Positions 55,745 to 64,000 of a DNA stretch of 64,000 nucleotides are shown here, piece after piece (position 1 is the stretch's first letter; every line of letters begins with the position of its first letter). The notes below the pieces were generated by a model. It did no database searches and was not told the origin of the DNA. It worked only from the letters and a program-made list of their open reading frames with translations. Position numbers and translations under genes: made by a program. The stretch comes from Monocercomonoides exilis PA203 (taxonomy: Eukaryota > Protista > Preaxostyla): assembly GCA_001643675.2 (NCBI GenBank), contig LSRY02000007.1, positions 868,001-932,000 of the forward strand, written 5' to 3'.

Positions 55745-58700
55745 ATGATAGAGAGCAGAAGAAGAAGAGGAAGAAGAGGAAGAAGAGGAAGAAGAGGAAG
55801 AAGAGGAAGAAGAAAGAGAAGGAGAAGGCGAAGGTGAAGGCGAAGCAATAGAAGAAGAGAGGTTGAAGTTTGAGGATTGAAAGATGAGAGAGGAAAGGTG
55901 GTTAAATTGAGGCAGCCAACTGTGGTGAAGTGGAGGGCAGCGAAGGTGCAGTGAAAGAAAGAAAAATAGAAAGTGAAAGTGAAAGTGTGAAAGATTGAGA
56001 AGGAGGAGAAGACACAGAGAAAGAAGGAATTTGTCGAGTGGCTGTAGGAGATAAAGGGGAAAGCGAGGGAGATGTAGAAGGATATTTGCTTCCACTGATT
56101 CCGTTACTGAAAATGTTATTATTGGAGTTGTTGTGGCTTGAAGAAGGTGGAATTACAGTCTTTACCGAAGGAACAGTCGGATAAGCGCGAGAAAGAAGCG
56201 CGCCGAAGTTGCTGAGTGAAGCAAGTTCAGGATGTGAATGGAAAAAAACAGAAGATAGAGGAAGAAGCAGATGATGAAGCAGAATGAGACGAGGAAGAAA
56301 AATGTGAATGAATCGGAGGCAAAAGTTGCAGATGAGGTGGCTGAGAAAGACGAGGAGTGGGAGAAAAAGGGTGAATGTCTGAAGACAATGGAAGATGTGA
56401 AGGATAAAGCTGAGGGGAGCGAGAATGAGATGAGCGGAAAGGAGGTGGAGAATGAAAGGTGCAGGAAAAAGGAGCATTGGATAATGCAGCAGATGAATAA
56501 GAAACAACTGTGGCAGTTTGGAATTGATTATGAGGAAGAGCAAACGAAGGAATAAATGAAGAAGATTGATGGGAAGGAGACGGACGCAAAGTGGAAGAAG
56601 AAGAAGAAGAAGAAGAACCAGAACCAGAAGCAGAAGCAGAGGAAGTGACAGCCGAAGAAGAAGCATTCGACGATGATTCCGAGCGATCAGCAGGGTTGCC
56701 AAAGGGATCAGAAGAGACAGACAAGCTGTTTTGCACTGAATGTTGACTAGCCGCGCCTGCAAGAGATGTCTTTCGAGGCATTTCAGATTCATAAAACAGC
56801 TTCTGGCTGGACGAGGCGTAGTCGTAGTTATAAGACAAGCTGTGAGATGTGATACGCTCAGAGAAGTTGCTGGAGGCTGAAAGATTCGCACTGGAGCGCG
56901 AATAACCTGATCCACTTCTACTTCCACTGCTATCACCACCACCACCACCACCTCTTCCTATTCTCTCGTTTTTCAAGATCTCATTTGTGTAGTGTGCATA
57001 AATAGTTGAGTGTCAATCGTAGCAGTCTATTAAGCGCTTCAATGCAGTCGTAGATTCCTCAATGAGGGGCGCAGACAAAGTTAGAGCTACCATCTTCTGC
57101 TGATGGATGATGCTCATAAAGAAACGAAGCTGGTAAATGAAATGAGACGAGGCAGCTGTTGCTGTGGAGTGGGTGTCGCAGAAGAAAGACGAAGACGAAG
57201 AAGAAGAAGAAGAAGAGAAAGAGTCAGATGAAGATGAAGATGAATTTGACTGTGGAGGGATCACTTTCAGATGTCTGGCTGCTGGTGGTGGTGATGCTGG
57301 GAGAGCGGGTGATGGCTGGAGAATGCGAAGAAGCCAGCTGTGAAGGAGCTGTTGCTGCCGCCACTGCTGCTGCTGATGATGCTGATATTGAGACTGATGC
57401 TGTATCGGACAGCTGCTTCGCAGACGATGTACTTTCCAGGTGCAGCACAGTTCCTGCATCGATTACGAAGCTTTTCTATCTGATGGTATCCACCTCGTGT
57501 TCTCTCTCCAGCTCTGGGATCAGCCTCAGCGTTGACATTCTGTGTCTTTCTGCCATTGGGTTTGCAAATGAGTCACTTTTGATGGAGTACGTGTGGTCGA
57601 ATGAAGAATTGACGATGAATGTGAGCGGGTCCGGGTGTCTGGAGAGTGGAATGTGGTTCTTTCTGATCTCGCGGATGACATAGTCCCTCAGAAACAGCGT
57701 CTTCGTCTGCAGGTTGAAGCGGTTGGTGAGTACATACACACAACACGTGAACATCGCATCCCCCAGCATTGTGCGCATCTGATGATTGAGCGAAGATAAG
57801 TCAGCAAAAAGGCTCTCAAGAAGCTTGTTCAGAGAAAAAGACAGCTCTTCTGCACGAATGAGCATCGTCTTTCCCCTCTGAACCGCCTCTTCCGTCGCAT
57901 ACTTGCTCTTTGCGATGGTTGCGATGTGCCTCCGGATCTGCGCCCTTTCGTTCTCCATCTGCGCAATCAGATCAGCATACTTCTCCCTCCTGCTCTCTTT
58001 GATCACAAGCGTATGCGACAGCTCATACTGCCTCCTATCCACCTCGTCAAACGTTCCTGAGTGGATCACCACAAAGCACAGGTTGCTCAACCGCTCCACA
58101 TACACGTTGCGTGGAACAGATGCACGGAACGTGGTGGTGATGGTGGGGACGACAGGTTGAAGTGTATCCATCGACTGCTTCACAGTGCCTATTAGCAGCT
58201 GTTCCTCCATTGACGGCTGCCCAGAGGACTCTAAATGAAACATCTCCTCGATCCTCTCCAGTTCTGCGCTCAGAACATCCATCTGCCTCTGTGTTGTTTC
58301 AATCGTCCTTCTGATCAACGAATCTCCCTGTTCAAAGAGATCAATCGCATTCAAGTTCTGCAGTGAAGTCTGCGTCTGGGACATGCGCTACTGGAGGAGG
58401 TTTGTGTGTGTCTGGAGATGCTCAATGATCAAAATTGTCGACTTACACGACACAATCTGCTGTTGCATCGCCCGGATGCTGTGCATCAACGCCTTGCAGT
58501 AGTAGTCCACAGACTCCACAAACTCTGAGTGTGAATAGTTCTCTTTGAAGAATAAGCCAGATATCGTGTCTCTCCCTGTGAACCCCTACATCATGCTCTA
58601 CGAACTGTGTGTCTGTGACAAGTTCACTGCTTGTCGGTAGATGTTTGCCAGCGCATTCACAATCGCCTGCCTGATCGATTTCGTCTTTGCACACTGAACT

Positions 58701-59710
58701 TGTGCAGAATCAGGCATTGACCCAGAAGAAGAGAGGTGATCAGGAACATTTATCTGCTCAGTCACACTTGAAAACGGAAAAGTTTGCGCAAATGAAGATA
58801 GAAGCGGAGAAGAGGCAGGTGAGACAGTTGTGCCATACCCAACGCCACCATTTCCTCCTCCTCCGCTGCTGCCACTGCAACTTATGCTGCTGCTGCCTTT
58901 TTCGCTGTCTGTGACATTTGCCTGTGCAGATGCTGAAGTTGCAAGTGGGCGCATCACATCCTCCTGAACAAGTGTGGGGATGATCATCGAGAAAAACGGG
59001 CTGAGCAAGTTCTACGAAATCTGCGTGAGGATCTCCTGGTTCATCTGCTGTGTGTAGATCGCATTCGCTTTGCGTCTGAATAGCGACAGCTTGCTGTACA
59101 TGCGCGTGAAGTCTTCCATGTTGATGTTGATGACCAGCCTTGTTGTCTTGTTCATCCGTTCAACCAATGTGTCTATATCTGTCCCATAAACAGTATCCAT
59201 CCCTTTCTTCTGCAAGATCCACGCTATCCTTTGTAAAAGATACAACGTGCAGTCATGAGAGTCCACTAATTGGAATTCTTTTGCTTGAGCGTAAGAAATC
59301 GGCTCAATTTTCTGGAAAAGCAGACTACGCTGTGGCTGCTCCTCGCAGAAGAACATGTTCAGCAATAATATACAGTGCTGGGTCAGTTCTGACGTGTTGC
59401 TGAAGGAAACAACTAGAAAGCCTTCTAAATTGAGTGAATAGACAGCTAAGTGTGGGCGAAAAGAGATAAGGGCACGAGATGGAGCTATTTGTGTTTGTGG
59501 GGTGCAGTGGTTGTTGAGGGCCCTAAGCGATTTCTGTGATTGGGCGAGCTTTTGTTGTGCTGATTGGTCATCATAATAAGAAGAAGTGGAAGCAACAGAA
59601 GCTGAAGAAGAAGAAGAAGAAAGAAGAGGAAGAAGGAGAAGGAGAAGGAGAAGGAGAAGGAGAAGAAGAAGGAAAAGGAGAAGGAGAAGGAGAAGGAGAA
59701 GAAACCACAT
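55745..59710 (-). pseudogene. Decayed internal fragment of a divergent dynein heavy chain-like gene (AAA4 end, stalk, entry to AAA5) with Ser-rich insertions
   Basis: ORFs 59012, 58598, 57476 and 57224 lie in one frame separated by TAGs. LVERMNKTTRLVININ..QEILTQIS resembles the AAA4 C-terminus. It is followed by coiled coils, then RAEELSFSL..MLGDAMFTCCVYVLTNRFN..KNHIPLS..PLTFI, resembling the dynein post-stalk RAxxLxxxL..LxGDxLLxxAFxxYxGxF..IP motif. Frameshifts occur downstream. Family call is from memory. Confidence 0.6.
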
Positions 59711-59849
59711 GATTTGAAAAAATTCCGTTTGAAATATATTTTCACTGGGAATGAAGCTCAACACAAAAAATGCTGTTTGTTTGAATGGAAAAATTATTTT
59801 AAAAATGCAAAAAAAAGAAAAAAAAAGTTTTGCATTGATAATTAAAATT

Positions 59850-60500
59850 CCTCAAAAGAACAAACCTGCCATCCATATCGCAACTGCAGAAGATTGTTCA
59901 ACCACTGACGCTGTCAATCTCCTTTTCCATTGTTTCCCTGTTCTCCTTTCTCCATCATCCTTTTCCCCCCATAAATATCCTGCTTTCAATGTTGTCATCC
60001 AATTTTTTTCCTGAAAAAAATATCTCCGAATTCTATTCTTTCCAAGAGCTGTCCAATTGTTGGCACACTTCTTCAATTTCCCCTCTCTTCCAAATACTTT
60101 GAAATTGAATTTATTTTCATCCCCTCTCCCAATTGAATACAAAAAATTGCAATTCACATCTGCTGATTGTCTCTCGGCATAGCTCTCTTCTTATGATCTT
60201 CTCAGAAAAGCAAAAGAATGGTCATTTATATAATTTATCAGACACTTGCACTCTGAGAAGGCCACTGATAGAAACATCAAAAAATAAACAAGAACCATTA
60301 AAAAAGCAAACTGTAAAACATTTTCTTTCGACAATCAAATTGCTGCATTTCCTTCCCAGATGCTTTTCTTAAAAATCATCTTGCCTAATTCCATCATCAA
60401 TTCCCGCCGTCACTGACCTTGTAACTGAGAAAAATAATATTTTCTATTCCGCAGAAAATATCCATTTTCTCTTATCTTCTCCGACTCATAAACTTACACG
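59850..60500 (-). pseudogene. Possible degraded coding fragment, unidentified
   Basis: Higher GC and purine-rich minus strand with broken short frames; no motif recognised. Confidence 0.25.
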
Positions 60501-61058
60501 GAAAAAAGATAATTGAATAATCAAATTTACCACAACATTTTTTCAATCACAATTTTTTTTAAATGTCATCGATTGATTGCATGTTTTCAAGTTTTTCAAC
60601 GATCTCTCTTCATATTTTCAAATATATTTTTTTAAATGAAAATATAAAACAACAAAAAAAATTACTCATGAAAGATCAACGATGCAACGATTTTATGATC
60701 TCATAAAAAATCACACATATGAAGTTAATTTATCAGAAAATTATAACATTTCAATGATGTTAATTTTTTTTCAAAAAATGTAAATTTTTTAAGTTTTTCG
60801 ACAAATAATAATGTTGCAGATTCAATTTCCAGTCTGTATTTGAATATTGACTAAATACAACATTTTCATCACTTTCCGTCATTCAGCTTAAAACCAAATT
60901 TTTGCAAAAAAAAATAATTTTTATCAAAATACTCGATTTTATAAGTTTTAAAATAAAAGTTTACCAATTTCGAATAAAAAACCGTGCATCGAATGAAAAT
61001 CAATAAATGAGAATATTATTTAAAAGCTAATGATACTGTGAAATAATGGATGAACATA

Positions 61059-61580
61059 TGGGTAATTCTTTTTGAAAAGTCGCAAACGTTTAACTGATCT
61101 GAAAATTAGATCAAAAAAGATCAAAAATGTTGATCATTCCGTTCCCGTTATTGTTTTGAAAATGTTATATTTTGTAATTTATTTCGCTTTTAAAAGAAAA
61201 ACAGGATAGAAATATGTTGAAATTATGTAGATTTTTAACTTTAGTTTGTGATACACTTATGTCAACATATGCATTCCAGCTATTTGAATAAAATGAATAA
61301 AATGATTTTATTTCTTCATTTTCATTTCATCTTGTTCGAATATTCATTAAAATTCATGGATAATTACTTTTTTTTAATGTTATTTTTGTTGAAAGATAAA
61401 TAAAATTTTGTTCGCTTGAATAAAAGAATATTTTAATTAAGAATTATCAAACAGGAAAATTTTATTAAAACAACGCTTATAACAATCGAAGAATATTCGA
61501 AGAGTTGTAAACATTGAGCAATTATTTATGTTATTTTTAAAAATTGAAGAAAGATATGTTAATTTTCAAAAAAATCTCCA
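61059..61580. mobile_element. Degenerate relative of the TGGGTGATT-ended MITE
   Basis: TA-TGGGTAATTCTTTTTGAAA at the left end and TTTTCAAAAAAATCTCCA at the right end resemble the 50010-50268 TIR. Confidence 0.4.
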
Positions 61581-61631
61581 TTAATTACAAACTCAAAAAT
61601 GTAATCTCTTCAAATATAAATATACAAACAG

Positions 61632-64000
61632 TTTGTATCAAACAATTTTCTTTCATCATCAGCACCTGCGATTGATCCTTCGGATGCTTCTGCGTCATCA
61701 GCTTCACACACGTCGGAAGTGGTGTTGGACGACATCGAGAGGCGGCTGCGGATTATTGTGCCAGAGGCGGCTGGAGTGTATGGGCAGCACATTCCGCTGT
61801 CGCTGCAGCTGCTGCTATCGCCGCGGGAGCAGCAGGCACTACGGGAATATGTTGTGGCACGGTGTGTTGTGCTGCATGGAAATGTGTTTTGTGCGCACAC
61901 GATGTGGAGCTTTAGACAATGCTTTCGGTTCCACTGGTGGTGCAGCTTCCGTCACTTGCAGTTTCAGTAGGCACGAAGTCGGGGAACAAGTGGATCTTTG
62001 CAGCTGCAGATGTGAATAGCATTCTTGTCAATCAACGATCTATTTGACCCATCGCTGATGTCGTCTGCGTAGAGCGGCTGGAGAAGCGTTAACATCAGCG
62101 AGGCATGTGATGGTGAAGCTGAAAGATGAGGTGATAATGTGCGAAGCGGTGGAGATTGCGGAGAAGGGGCAGTCGGAGGCAGGGCTGAGGAGAAGGATAT
62201 GGTTCTGTCTCCAGCAGCGATTGCGTTGGCAGTTCCAAACTGCGAGTTGATAGAGAGGAATGTGATGGGAATGAGGCCAAAGGCGTGTATCCAACGACAT
62301 ACAGAGATTTTGTGGAAAGAATAAAACAAAACCAGATGAAGCTGGAAGAAGCAATTGCGCTGCTGATTGTGGAGGCGCTTGGGCTGAGTCGGCTGAGGTT
62401 TGTGAAGGCGGAGACATGGATAGCGATTTTTTCAGAGAGTCGCCTGCAACAAATGCTGAATAATGCACTCACTTTGCGTGCCTGCTATGTAACATCGGAA
62501 TTCGCGAGAAATAAGAATGTTACAGCAGGAAAAGAATATGAGTGTTTGATTATTTCTTTAATGAAAAGTCGAATTGAAATAACTGGAGATGTGGAGCAGT
62601 TGTTAACATCAGTTGACCGTTTGACAATAATTGAGGAAAAAGACAAATTCGATGAAAAAGTTGAGGAAGAAACTTGCTATCTTTGCGCTGGGTGATAAGA
62701 AGAATAGGAAGAGGAAGAAGAAGAGGAATGGGGAGGAGAGGTTGAGCGAAGGCAGAATAGCGGAGTGCTCGTTGTTGTTGAATCTGGTGGTGAGCTGAAG
62801 AGAAGTGTTCTGGTTTAACAAGGCAGTCAACGAATGATGTGTGTGATTTGCAGATAAGCGGTTTGTGACTGTGCTGGACGAACTGAACATGCTGCTACCA
62901 AGAAGTCTTACAGCTTCGTGAATCAACGAACGTTGATACAGCAGAAGCACAACACCGAAGAAGCAGTTGTTTCTGGAGCCGTGCGAGATTTTGGTTCTAT
63001 ATTCAACAGGAGGGTGGCATGGATGAAGCAGACCATTGAAGAAGACTTGGTAAACAAGTTTTGTGCGCTTTTTAGAACGTTTCAGGTACAAAGCAGAGGA
63101 GCGCGAGTTTGCTTGTCGTATCTGCATCGTCAGGAAGGAGCCGATTCAAACGCTTTGCATGCTTCTTGCAGCATATGCATATGCGATGCAATGACGTGGT
63201 AGCGCAGGTTGGAATGATACATGGATGATTGGGAAAATGCTATGTCAAAAACGGCGGAGTGTGTTGAAATGACATGGATACCAGAGAAGGAGCAGAAGCA
63301 GGTTATGAAAAGGAGATGCCGAGCAATTGCAAGTTGATAATGTGAGCTCATGCTTTTGTAAGTGTGTTTGATGACCCGTCTGATGCGTAGACGAAGATAA
63401 CACGGTTGCATGAGGGGAGGCAGGCAGAGATGCAGACATCAAAGGTGGAGTGGTCGTTCTTCAAGTTGGAAAAGAGGTTGGACACAGAAAAAGATAACTT
63501 CCATTTGTGGTTGAAGTCAGCAGCGTGGCTAAGGAATACAAAGGATTAAAAGTCTGTACTGATGCATCAGGTTGTGACGAAGAAGACTTGGAGGATTGAG
63601 GCAAGTTCAGATGCATGGGATACGATCTGTGTATGAGAAAGTGGAGGGATGATGGCAGACATGATGGAGAGAATAAGGAAGAAGATGATGATGAACATTG
63701 TGATAGGAGAGGGAACGGGAGCAGCGCCGAACTGGAGGAGAAGCGTTTCAGACTGGAAGAACATCAACTTTTAGGGGGTTTCAACAACAGTTGTGCTGAA
63801 CGAAGCACCAGGGGAATGGAAGAGGAGGCGTGTGGTTATTTCGACGTAAGTGATTGCAGGGAAGGGGCAGAGCATTACCGTAGTGACAACAGCCGATGAG
63901 AGCGAGGAAGCGAAGGTGATGGATGCGGATCAAGCTTGTGTCACGGAAGAAGGAAAATTGAGGGAAAAGAAGGAGGAGGAGGAGAAGGACGATTGAGTGA
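61632..64000 (+). pseudogene. Decayed coding sequence of unknown family, running off the right edge
   Basis: Abrupt rise in GC and protein-like segments (61719, 62139, 62285 and 62918 ORFs) broken by many stops and frameshifts. Confidence 0.6.

Larger units (their letters stand above)
51126..60979. mobile_element. Large inverted-repeat-bounded segment (possible outer cargo-carrying element). Left arm 51126-51295 plus 54643-~54720, interrupted by an insertion; right arm ~60735-60979
   Basis: 51126-51295 is a near-identical reverse complement of 60809-60979 (three substitutions seen, plus poly-T length). The match resumes after the insertion at 54645. No outer TSD identified. Confidence 0.55.

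Noticed and set aside
1-64000. CRISPR array, rRNA or tRNA genes
   Set aside because: No regularly spaced repeat-spacer array or recognisable structural RNA was seen by eye; tRNAscan/Infernal were not run.

Overview
Eukaryotic protist DNA with AT-rich intergenic regions, short spliceosomal introns, the standard genetic code and huge poly-Ser tracts. From memory, the gene families look most like an oxymonad such as Monocercomonoides; this is inference, not a database result. The 1-49.5 kb part is gene-dense. It holds a multi-RRM protein with a long low-complexity tail running off the left edge, a greatly expanded RAD5/HLTF-type SNF2-RING helicase, a 3151-aa beta-helix type I membrane protein, a C2orf81/DUF4639-like gene with a GC-AG intron, a ~4200-aa Ser-rich protein with RRM-like N-terminus, an 8-exon secreted protein with a strong 11-residue Cys periodicity, and a helical lineage-family gene. 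Several TA-flanked, non-coding inverted-repeat elements are present (16.7-17.8, 50.0-50.3, 50.35-50.76 and 51.3-54.6 kb), plus a degenerate fold-back at 15.4-16.3 kb. Two of the TA-flanked elements are essentially whole-length palindromes. The 50-64 kb part is a nested transposon and pseudogene zone. There, a 3347-bp TIR element carries a captured surface-protein fragment, and its TA target duplication is shown by an empty paralogous site at 60.8 kb. It sits in one arm of a larger inverted repeat that brackets a decayed dynein-heavy-chain-like fragment with five in-frame TAG codons. No rRNA, tRNA, CRISPR array or intact transposase was recognised.
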